A DNA stretch of 21,029 nucleotides from Opitutales bacterium. GTDB lineage: Bacteria; Verrucomicrobiota; Verrucomicrobiia; Opitutales; Coraliomargaritaceae. Below, piece after piece: positions 10,879-18,584 of the stretch; the first letter of the stretch is position 1, and each line of letters opens with the position of its first letter. Both the position numbers and the translations under genes were made by a program. The notes beneath the pieces are model-generated. The model saw only the letters and a list, made by a program, of their open reading frames with translations, had not been told where the DNA came from and made no database searches. The stretch spans positions 1 through 21,029 of the forward strand of contig JBMYNR010000027.1 of NCBI GenBank assembly GCA_049598495.1, in the 5' to 3' direction.

Positions 10879-10906
10879 TTGACAAGCCTCTCACAGCTTC
10901 TGTCAA
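10879..10906. promoter_or_regulatory. Inverted repeat TTGACA-N16-TGTCAA upstream of trpS (consensus -35 on both strands)
   Basis: TTGACA 10879-10884 and TGTCAA 10901-10906 in the 87-bp phoD/trpS divergent gap. Confidence 0.45.
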
Positions 10907-10915
10907 TCGCATGCT

Positions 10916-11977
10916 ATGAGCGATGCGAAACCAGTCATTCTCACCTGTGCCCAGCCAACCGGTGTACTTACTCTTGGGAATTATCTCGGGGCGGTGAAGA
11001 ATTGGGCGACCATGCTGGATGATTACGAGTGCTACTTTGGGGTGGTCGACATGCACGCTATTACGGTTAAATATACGCCTGCTGAGCTCAGAAAGAACAC
11101 GCTCTCATGCGTTGCCCAGTATATTGCCTGTGGGCTCGACCCCGAGCGCTCCAATATCTTCGTGCAATCCCATATTGTCGGGCACACCGAGTTGGCGTGG
11201 TTGCTGAGTTGTATTACACCGATTGGAGATCTGCAGCGGATGACTCAGTTTAAAGAGAAGGCGGCGAAGCTTGGCTTCAATTTAGGCGAGGGCAACGAGT
11301 TGAAATTCACTCACGAGGGTGCCCGGGCGGGCGCTTCCGTGAACTCGGGCTTGCTTATGTATCCCGTCCTTATGGCGGCAGATATACTTCTCTATAATGC
11401 CGATGCCGTTCCCGTCGGTAACGACCAACGGCAACACCTCGAGCTCTGCCGGGATCTGGCCCAGCGCTTTAACCACAACTATTCCGAGACCTTTACCATC
11501 CCCGAACCGTTCATTCCGAAAGCGGGCGCGCGCATCATGTCGCTGCAGGATCCGACTCGGAAGATGTCGAAGAGTGACGATAACCAAAGTGCGACTCTCT
11601 TTATTCTCGATGAGCCTTCTGTCTTGAAAAAGAAGATCATGAGTGCAGTCACGGATTCGGGGGCGGACATTGTTGCCAGTGAGGATAAACCAGGTGTGTC
11701 CAATTTGCTTCAAATCTACTCGGCCATGAGTGGTCGATCGATTGCCGATATCGAGGAATCTCTGAAGGGCGAAGGCTATGGGTCTCTGAAAAAAGAGGTC
11801 GCCGATGCTGTTATTTCCGTTTTGGAACCGGTTCAGTCCAGATATCAGGATTTGATTGCCGACAAGGCCTACATTGAGGATGTGCTCAAGTCGGGCGCGG
11901 TCGCCGCCCAGAAGCGGGCCTACAAAGTGCTGAGTAAAGTCTACCGCAAGGCTGGATTTGCCGAACGCCCTCGCTAG
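10916..11977 (+). CDS. trpS: Tryptophan--tRNA ligase
   Basis: QPTG.LTLGNYLGA (HIGH variant TLGN), VDMHAIT, RMTQFKEK, YPVLMAADILLY, VPVGNDQ.QHLE, KMSKS. Confidence 0.97.
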   Translation: MSDAKPVILTCAQPTGVLTLGNYLGAVKNWATMLDDYECYFGVVDMHAITVKYTPAELRKNTLSCVAQYIACGLDPERSNIFVQSHIVGHTELAWLLSCITPIGDLQRMTQFKEKAAKLGFNLGEGNELKFTHEGARAGASVNSGLLMYPVLMAADILLYNADAVPVGNDQRQHLELCRDLAQRFNHNYSETFTIPEPFIPKAGARIMSLQDPTRKMSKSDDNQSATLFILDEPSVLKKKIMSAVTDSGADIVASEDKPGVSNLLQIYSAMSGRSIADIEESLKGEGYGSLKKEVADAVISVLEPVQSRYQDLIADKAYIEDVLKSGAVAAQKRAYKVLSKVYRKAGFAERPR

Positions 11978-12133
11978 CATTCGATAGTATTTGCCCCATG
12001 TCACCAAGCTTTGAACAAGGCGGGGTCGTTTTAATAGTAGCGCAGCCTCGAATGTTGATATGGGCTCCAGAGGCCTCAAAAGCCGGATCACTTTTTTATA
12101 TTTTCAATTGAGATTCTCTTCTGATCGGCGACT

Positions 12134-13375
12134 GTGGGAACTGTGACTCAAGTCAGCTCATTCGATTTTGCCCGAGTGCGGGCCGATTTCCCCATTCTCT
12201 CCACGGAGGTGCGGGGTAAACCGCTTACATATCTTGATAATGCGGCGACCTCCCAAAAGCCTGCTTCAGTAATCGAGGTAATCGACCACTATTACCGGGC
12301 GGAGAACTCCAATATCCACCGAGGTGTCCATTATTTAAGCGAGCGCGCGACAGATGCCTACGAGGCCGCACGGGTCAAGATCGGGGCATTTATTGGTGCA
12401 CCTGATTCGGATGAGATTATCTTTGTTCGTGGTGCCACTGAAGGGATCAATTTGGTAGCACACGGTTTTGTTGAAACACAGCTATCCGAAGGTGATGAGA
12501 TTCTCATCACCCACATGGAGCATCATGCCAATATCGTGCCCTGGCAGATTGCTGCTGAGAAGACGGGGGCTATCCTGAAGGTGGTCCCGGTGCTCGACAA
12601 TGGTGAGTTGGATATGGAGGCCTTTAGCGACTTGCTTGGTGAGAAGACCAAGCTCGTTAGCGTGGTGCATGTCTCGAATGCGCTGGGCACGATTAACCCG
12701 GTCGAGGAAATTATTGAACAGGCTCACGCTATCGGTGTGCCCGTGCTCCTGGATGCCTGCCAATCGGTCCCGCATATGCCAGTTGACGTGGCCGCACTGG
12801 ATTGTGATTTCTTTGTTTTCTCAGGTCATAAGATGTGTGGTCCCACGGGTATCGGCGTGCTCTGGGGAAAGCGGGAATGGTTGGAAAAGTTACCACCCTA
12901 TGAGAGTGGGGGTGATATGATTGAGCGGGTGGATTTTGCAGGCACCACCTTCAAGCCGATACCAGGTAAATTTGAGGCGGGCACCCCACATATCGGGGGC
13001 GTCATTGGATTGTCTGCTGCGGTTGATTATTTGAATGGTCTCGATCGAGTGGCTGCACTGGCTCACGAAAACGAACTGCTCGCCATGGCTACGGAGCGCT
13101 TGTCGGCAATCGATGGTCTAAGGATCATCGGAACAGCACCGCGTAAAGCATCCATTCTTTCATTTGTGATTGATGCGATCCACCCGCACGATATCGGCAC
13201 CTTTCTCGATGCGGATGGAGTTGCCGTTCGCGCAGGGCACCATTGCACACAGCCGCTGCTCAAGCGTTTCGGAGTGCCGGCCACAGCACGGGCATCCTTT
13301 GCCTTCTACAACAATTTACAGGATGTCGACCGACTTGTCGAAGGGGTCACAAAGATGCAGCGATTCTTCGGCTAG
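12134..13375 (+). CDS. sufS: Cysteine desulfurase, group II (SufS/CsdA)
   Basis: [31 protein letters not shown] (PLP Lys), [15 protein letters not shown] (catalytic Cys); GTG start. Confidence 0.93.
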   Translation: MGTVTQVSSFDFARVRADFPILSTEVRGKPLTYLDNAATSQKPASVIEVIDHYYRAENSNIHRGVHYLSERATDAYEAARVKIGAFIGAPDSDEIIFVRGATEGINLVAHGFVETQLSEGDEILITHMEHHANIVPWQIAAEKTGAILKVVPVLDNGELDMEAFSDLLGEKTKLVSVVHVSNALGTINPVEEIIEQAHAIGVPVLLDACQSVPHMPVDVAALDCDFFVFSGHKMCGPTGIGVLWGKREWLEKLPPYESGGDMIERVDFAGTTFKPIPGKFEAGTPHIGGVIGLSAAVDYLNGLDRVAALAHENELLAMATERLSAIDGLRIIGTAPRKASILSFVIDAIHPHDIGTFLDADGVAVRAGHHCTQPLLKRFGVPATARASFAFYNNLQDVDRLVEGVTKMQRFFG

Positions 13376-13402
13376 TTGTTGCAATGTGCTTGTAGGCCTA
13401 GC

Positions 13403-14422
13403 TCAGTCTGTTCCGCCCCAGTCGACGCTGCGAATCCATTCGATCAGTGAATCGATCTCATTGAATGTCTGCCCTAGCCCGAAGCGTTCTACATGCCATT
13501 TTCCGGATACAATTTTAACTGTAAACGCGGCGGCCTGTGTGTCGTTCGTCCGCCCAAAGCCGAGCCGCTCGAGTGCCCGCCTGGTCCAGACCATTTCAAT
13601 GCCATCCCCCTCTAGGTGTGCGTCGAGACAAAGTGTCGGGTGCGTGCGGAAGTGGCCACTGCTTACGTCCCAGTCGAGCCGTTCGCTGGCGAAGGCACCC
13701 GCAAGGTCGCCGTTCAGGACGAGGGCCTCGGGCGCACCCTGCACAAGGCGGCCATCGGGACTCATGAGCCAGAGTCTATCGGCAAAGCGCAGCGCCAGAT
13801 CCAGGTCATGTGTCGAAAGCAAGAGTGCGAGATTCTCGCGGTGTGCGAGGTCCCGTAAAATAGTCATTAATTCAACGCGCCGCGCTAGATCCAGAAAGGC
13901 CGTTGGCTCATCCAGTAGCATGACGCGTGATTCTTGCGCGAGGGCGCGCGCGATGGAGACTTTCTGTCGTTCGCCATCACTCAGTTCGGCGACTTGACGC
14001 TTGGCGAGTGGTGCCGCGTCGACAGCATTCAGCGCCCATTCAATCCGGGCATGGTCATCGATATTTAGCCCACCGAACCAGCCGGAGTAGGGGTGGCGCC
14101 CAAGTGATACGAGCGCATAGGCATCCATCATTCCGGCAGGCAGGGTTTCTGTGAGCACCACGCTGATTGCACGAGCTCGGCGGCGCGGGGTGATTGATTG
14201 AAGCGCCGTTTTTCCGATGCGGAGTTCGCCAGCCAGCGGCGCTTGCATCCCGGCCAGTGTGCGGATGAAGGTCGACTTACCCACACCGTTGGGACCTAGT
14301 AGGCAGACAAAATCCCCAGCCGAGAGCTCGAAATTCATGTTTTTTACCACCTCCGTGATCTCGTCGCCCTGCCGGTAGCCGATACAAAGATTCTCAGCGG
14401 ACATCTTTAAAGGAGCAGCCAT
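13403..14422 (-). CDS. ABC transporter ATP-binding protein, cobalamin/Fe3+-siderophore type (BtuD/FepC-like)
   Basis: Walker [16 protein letters not shown], signature LSDGERQK, Walker B LLDEPT, STHD; C-terminal extension. Confidence 0.92.
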   Translation of the reverse strand: MAAPLKMSAENLCIGYRQGDEITEVVKNMNFELSAGDFVCLLGPNGVGKSTFIRTLAGMQAPLAGELRIGKTALQSITPRRRARAISVVLTETLPAGMMDAYALVSLGRHPYSGWFGGLNIDDHARIEWALNAVDAAPLAKRQVAELSDGERQKVSIARALAQESRVMLLDEPTAFLDLARRVELMTILRDLAHRENLALLLSTHDLDLALRFADRLWLMSPDGRLVQGAPEALVLNGDLAGAFASERLDWDVSSGHFRTHPTLCLDAHLEGDGIEMVWTRRALERLGFGRTNDTQAAAFTVKIVSGKWHVERFGLGQTFNEIDSLIEWIRSVDWGGTD

Positions 14423-14423
14423 C

Positions 14424-15479
14424 CTAGAAGAGTCGTTTCAAGTTTCGTTGCCTGACCAGTGCCGCGATGATGACCGGAGCACCTACCAATGCAGTGATGG
14501 CATTGAGCGGGAGGACCACATCCAATCCGGGGCCACTGGCAACAAAATCGGCCGTGACCGATAGCAGTGCTCCGACAAGGAGCGAGGCGGGAATCAGCAC
14601 GCGGTGTTGGCTCGTCCGGAAGAGGTAGCGGCAGAGATGCGGTGCGGCGATCCCGAGAAAGCCGATCGGGCCGCAAAAGCCGGTTACGGTGCCTGCTAGG
14701 AGTGATGCGGCGAGGAGCACACAGAAACGCACATGTTTGCTCTGGGTGCCGAGACTTTCCGCGTAGTGTTCTCCAAGTAGGAGTGCGTCCAGTGGTTTCA
14801 TGAACAGACTACTCAAGGCCAGAGAAATGAGAATAGTCGGTGCAAAGTAGCGCATTTGCTGCCAATCTACATTCCCGTAATCACCGAAGGACCAATTGAT
14901 AAAAGACTGCAGTCGCTCAGTCATGCTGAAAAACATGAGCACGCTCACCAATGCCCCAATGGTGTAACTGATCATCAAGCCGATGATCAGCACCGACATG
15001 ATGTCGACCCGCCGAGAAAGAAGCAGGACCGCAAAAAGGGTGGCGGCCGCCCCTCCAGTCGATGCTAGAATAAGTAGTATCTGCCCTGATTGTGTAAGAC
15101 CGTCCGTGAGGGTTAAGCCGAGGGGTGCGAACATCAGAAGCACGATGGCTACGCCGAGACTAGCACCCGAATTGACGCCAAGCACGAAGGGGTCCGCCAG
15201 AGGGTTACGGAAGACAGTTTGCATCACGAGCCCGGCCGTGCCGAGCGCGGCGCCGGCGAGTAAGGCGGTGAGAATCTGTGGGAGACGGAAATCGACGATG
15301 ATCTGCCGATGCACGGTATGGATGTCCTCGCTACCGGTGAGTGCAGCGATTACCTCCTGCGGTGAAAAATTCACACTGCCAATTGAGATGCTCGCAACGG
15401 ACATACCGACAAGCCCGAGTCCAATCAGGCAGAAGAGCGTAAATCCGCGTTTAGAGGTCTGGTTTGAAGCTTTTTGCAC
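14424..15479 (-). CDS. ABC transporter permease, FecCD/BtuC family
   Basis: [52 protein letters not shown] start; its stop lies 1 nt before the ATPase start. Confidence 0.93.
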   Translation of the reverse strand: MQKASNQTSKRGFTLFCLIGLGLVGMSVASISIGSVNFSPQEVIAALTGSEDIHTVHRQIIVDFRLPQILTALLAGAALGTAGLVMQTVFRNPLADPFVLGVNSGASLGVAIVLLMFAPLGLTLTDGLTQSGQILLILASTGGAAATLFAVLLLSRRVDIMSVLIIGLMISYTIGALVSVLMFFSMTERLQSFINWSFGDYGNVDWQQMRYFAPTILISLALSSLFMKPLDALLLGEHYAESLGTQSKHVRFCVLLAASLLAGTVTGFCGPIGFLGIAAPHLCRYLFRTSQHRVLIPASLLVGALLSVTADFVASGPGLDVVLPLNAITALVGAPVIIAALVRQRNLKRLF

Positions 15480-15680
15480 GGGTGAAAAAATTACTCTGCG
15501 GTTTCGAACCGCTCTGGCGAATCGAAAGTGCAGGGCGTTTCAAATACGGTATTGTGAGAAGTTTTGGGAATCATAGATAGCAACGCTTGTATTGGATAAA
15601 ATCGTTTCATGCTGTATAAATCTTGGATGTGGTCTTTCAGATCGACTTGCAAATGGAGCTCCGCTGACAAACCCTAGCTC

Positions 15681-16532
15681 ATGCGCCATCTGCTCGCCTG
15701 TCTTTTTTTCAGTCTATCACTCTGTGTGTCGGGCTTTGCCGCGGTCGCGATCGAAGCCCGCGTCCTGGAGGTCTTGCATGAACAGCGTTCGATCGAAGTG
15801 GAACTACTCAAGGCCGGGGGCAATGAGCTTGAAATAGGGAGCCGCCGTCTCTTTCGAGTCGGGTTGGGTGATTTGGGGATTGGCTATCAGGGGCGCCGGA
15901 TTCGTGCCAATGCCGTATTTTTTGGAGGGAATTGGCACCTTGAACAAATCTTTCCGCTTGATGGTATCGGAGCGAAGGCAGCCCGAGATGTGAACCACCA
16001 ACTCCATCAGGCAACAGCTACAATGAGTCGCCGTAAATATGTGAAGCAGGGCGAATACATCCCAAATTTTGCAATGATTGATCAGCGTGGGGAATTTTTA
16101 CAGGCACGGCAGTTACAGGGAAAGCCCTTCATGCTGAATTTTATCTTCACCCGCTGCACGGTTCCTAACATGTGCCCCGCCTCGAGTCAGCGGATGGCCG
16201 ATATGCAGGACGCGGCAGCGGCACTCGGTCTTCATGATCTCCAGTTTGTCACGATTACATTCGACCCGCTTTTTGATTCTCCGGGAATTCTCAAGCAATA
16301 TGCAAAAGGCTATGGGATGGAGGTGGAGAATTTCCACTTATTGACGACGGATAGTCAAACCGTGGTCGATGATTTACTGCGTCAATTTGGTATTCTTACG
16401 ATGGAGGAAGACGGTACCATTAATCACACCATGGCGACTCTGCTGGTCGATGCCAATGGACGCGTAGCCTTCCGTAAAGAAGGCTCCTCCTGGGAGGTGC
16501 AGGAATTCCTCGAGGCGGCGAAAAAGCTCTGA
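15681..16532 (+). CDS. SCO1/SenC-family copper chaperone with an extra N-terminal domain
   Basis: Signal peptide; IPNFAMIDQRG, NFIFTRCTVPNMCP, ITFDP..DSP, INHT (conserved His), LLVDANG. Confidence 0.88.
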   Translation: MRHLLACLFFSLSLCVSGFAAVAIEARVLEVLHEQRSIEVELLKAGGNELEIGSRRLFRVGLGDLGIGYQGRRIRANAVFFGGNWHLEQIFPLDGIGAKAARDVNHQLHQATATMSRRKYVKQGEYIPNFAMIDQRGEFLQARQLQGKPFMLNFIFTRCTVPNMCPASSQRMADMQDAAAALGLHDLQFVTITFDPLFDSPGILKQYAKGYGMEVENFHLLTTDSQTVVDDLLRQFGILTMEEDGTINHTMATLLVDANGRVAFRKEGSSWEVQEFLEAAKKL

Positions 16533-16560
16533 ATGACGCTCAATTTAAGCTAAAAACTAA

Positions 16561-16803
16561 GGGAGTAAGATACGGAACCAAGGTTTTAGCGTTCCTTAAC
16601 GAGCGTCAGGTTGGTTCTGTTTCAACCGTTCAACGACGCTAAACTTGCACTCAATAAAAGGTGCCCTGCTTCGGTATCGACCAGCCTTGCGCCCCATGAA
16701 AGTGGTATTAGCAGTAGCGATGCGAAGCTGGTCGCGTCGACGTAACTTTGTGATGTTTCGGGACGCGAATGCTGACTCTTGGTCCTTTTGCCTCGGTTCT
16801 TAC
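16561..16803 (+). ncRNA. Putative structured non-coding RNA of unassigned family (~240 nt)
   Basis: Between convergent genes; long closing stem and five internal helices; G-U pairs work only on the + strand; cUUCGg and GAAA tetraloops; folded by eye, boundaries approximate. Confidence 0.6.
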
Positions 16804-16901
16804 GTCACTTCAAGGGGGTAAGTCGGAAATCCTAAGATCTCGCGGAGGCTACAAGATAATCGATATGGACGGACAATCCACCATCCGGCGAGAGGGAATT
16901 T

Positions 16902-17615
16902 TCACCGTTTTTCCGTCCATTCGCGACTTGCGAAGCGTGTCTTCTCGGCCTCGATATGGGCACCTTTAAACAGTGGTCGAATGTCGTTAAGTTGACCCGG
17001 CTCCAAGTGGAGGTAGCTTGAAAGAGCCTCCAGTAAGGCATCTTGAAATTTACCGTAATTAAAGCTTTCGGGCAGGGTGCCGCGATCGATCGAGCCTTGG
17101 ATGAGCAAACCCTTGCGATTACGTTTAAGTGCTGCGCCCGCGATCTTTCTACCGTCGGAACGGAGGACATCGTTTGCAGCGGGGGTCACAAAGCACTGCT
17201 CGGCCCCCTCGCTCTTGCCCGAACTTTGCTCGCAGTGTCGGGGGCAGGGGGCTAATTCGTTGTCTATTTCGAAAAGAGTTAGGACGGAGCTAATACCGTA
17301 ATGAAGCTGCTCATAGAGTTCAGTGGCTGCAAGTGTGGCGGCGGCTAGGCTGGTCTCCACGACGATCGCATAGGTCCAATCATTACGATGATCGACTATG
17401 CCGCCTCCAGTCAGCCGTCGGCAGAGCGTGTGGTCCCCGACGGAGGTGCTTCGCACTTCGGATATTTTCTGAGAATAACCAAATGTGAATGCAGGCTCTG
17501 TCCAACCGTAGTGACGGAACAGGGCGAGTCCCTGAGGCATGTTCTCAAGCAGGGCGGCGTCGATCGCCATGTTCGTGGCTGCGTTGCCGAAGGCATTTGG
17601 CAGGGAAATAAGCAT
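16902..17615 (-). CDS. Lipoate-protein ligase A / LipM-like octanoyltransferase family protein
   Basis: NMAID.ALL, FRHYGW..P..TFGYSQ, RRLTGGGIVDH, CF motif, DGRKIAGAA (catalytic Lys), IQGSI; no LplA C-terminal domain. Confidence 0.85.
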   Translation of the reverse strand: MLISLPNAFGNAATNMAIDAALLENMPQGLALFRHYGWTEPAFTFGYSQKISEVRSTSVGDHTLCRRLTGGGIVDHRNDWTYAIVVETSLAAATLAATELYEQLHYGISSVLTLFEIDNELAPCPRHCEQSSGKSEGAEQCFVTPAANDVLRSDGRKIAGAALKRNRKGLLIQGSIDRGTLPESFNYGKFQDALLEALSSYLHLEPGQLNDIRPLFKGAHIEAEKTRFASREWTEKR

Positions 17616-18520
17616 CAGGCGTTGAGCGGTTCGATTCGGGTCAGTTCCTCAAGTTGTGCGTCAAAATCAATGGGCTGTGTCTTCAGCTTCGAGACGATTG
17701 GATGTAGGTTAAAGCTGAGGTTCGACGGACGGTTTGCATGTGCCGGGTCGTCCTTTTGAATTGCAGATTCAACCGCATTGAGAGGTAGATCGAAGTGTTT
17801 GATGATGCGTTGACCCATTTCAAAACGGCTCAATGTTTCGCTGCCGGCCCAGTGGAAGATTCCGTGAAGGTCTCGACGCTCCGTCAGTTCCAGCATGACC
17901 TCTGCGGCGTTGCCGGCGGAGCAGGGCTGGCGTATCTCGTCGCAGAATAGTTGAGGCCGCTCTCCTGCCTCGATTGCACGGATTAATTTTTCATGCACAC
18001 TGCGACGGCCGCTAGGACTATTTCCCATAAGTATAGGGAGACGAAGTACGACGGGATCTTCCGGATTATGCTCGAGCACCTCGCGCTCGGCCATGAGTTT
18101 TGTTTGGCCGTAGAGGTTGGTCGGGCTGGGCATGTCGGTGGAGCGATAGGGCGATTCCGAATGCCCATCAAAGACCATATCTGTCGAGATGTGGATCAGG
18201 CGGGCCCCAAGGTGCGTGGAAAGTTGAGCGAGTAAACGGGGGAGGCCAACATTGATTTTCTCGGCCGCCTTAGGGTCCAGCTCCACTGAAGTCGGGTTGG
18301 AAATTGCCGCGCAATTGACGATGGCATCCGGCCAGAGTTCAAGCGAGAGAGCGGTCAAAGTATCCGGGGTCGCTGCATCCAATTGGATACTCTCGCTAAG
18401 ACCCTGTGCGACGGGCCTGTTTTGGTTGTAAATAGCAGTGACTTCGTGGCCTCGACGAACCGCAGCAGTGGCGTAGTGGTGGCCTAGGAGTCCGGATGCA
18501 CCAGTGAGTAAGATCTTCAT
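17615..18520 (-). CDS. Extended SDR oxidoreductase, RmlD (dTDP-4-dehydrorhamnose reductase)/MAT2B-like
   Basis: ILLTGASGLLG (GxxGxxG), VNCAA, HISTDMVFDG, YGQTK (YxxxK), GIFH.AG, RP. Confidence 0.85.
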   Translation of the reverse strand: MKILLTGASGLLGHHYATAAVRRGHEVTAIYNQNRPVAQGLSESIQLDAATPDTLTALSLELWPDAIVNCAAISNPTSVELDPKAAEKINVGLPRLLAQLSTHLGARLIHISTDMVFDGHSESPYRSTDMPSPTNLYGQTKLMAEREVLEHNPEDPVVLRLPILMGNSPSGRRSVHEKLIRAIEAGERPQLFCDEIRQPCSAGNAAEVMLELTERRDLHGIFHWAGSETLSRFEMGQRIIKHFDLPLNAVESAIQKDDPAHANRPSNLSFNLHPIVSKLKTQPIDFDAQLEELTRIEPLNA

Positions 18521-18584
18521 GTTTCCTATGTGGTAGTTTTTGTTGCAATCGGCTATTCGTGAGGCAAGTTCAAAGCATAGATTG

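Noticed and set aside
10829..11056. N-terminal 76-aa extension of the PhoD ORF in the track
   Set aside because: It overlaps trpS on the opposite strand, and the signal peptide and candidate promoter point to ATG 10828
11282..12091. 269-aa antisense ORF over trpS, and similar long shadow ORFs at 2656-3429, 7491-8201, 13170-13997 and 14983-15576
   Set aside because: These lie antisense to well-supported genes and have no motifs; such ORFs are expected by-products of codon bias at this GC content
12090..12125. AT-rich TTTTCAATTGAGATTCTC upstream of sufS as a Fur/IscR-like site
   Set aside because: Dyad symmetry and match to known consensus sequences are too poor to support a call
16601..16720. 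SRP-like TCAGG and AGCAG, a group I intron R-like GTTCAACGAC, and RNase P-like AACAGAACC on the minus strand
   Set aside because: The fragments are isolated and not in the required arrangement: no CAGG-stem-GNRA-stem-AGCAG helix, no S element or host gene, no GAGGAAAGTCC
16696..16821. 41-codon ORF MKVVLAVAMRSWSRRR... inside the structured region, and the 66-aa and 112-aa track ORFs nearby
   Set aside because: No RBS, the ATG is buried in a stem, and there is no protein-like or type I toxin-like character; it cannot be fully excluded
16673..16883. tmRNA-like words GGTATCGAC (16673), TTTCGGGACGCG (16756) and TCCACCA (16877)
   Set aside because: No T-arm (GGTTCRAnTCC), no acceptor stem pairing with a 5' GGGG, no tag frame ending in AA-stop, and the spacing is wrong
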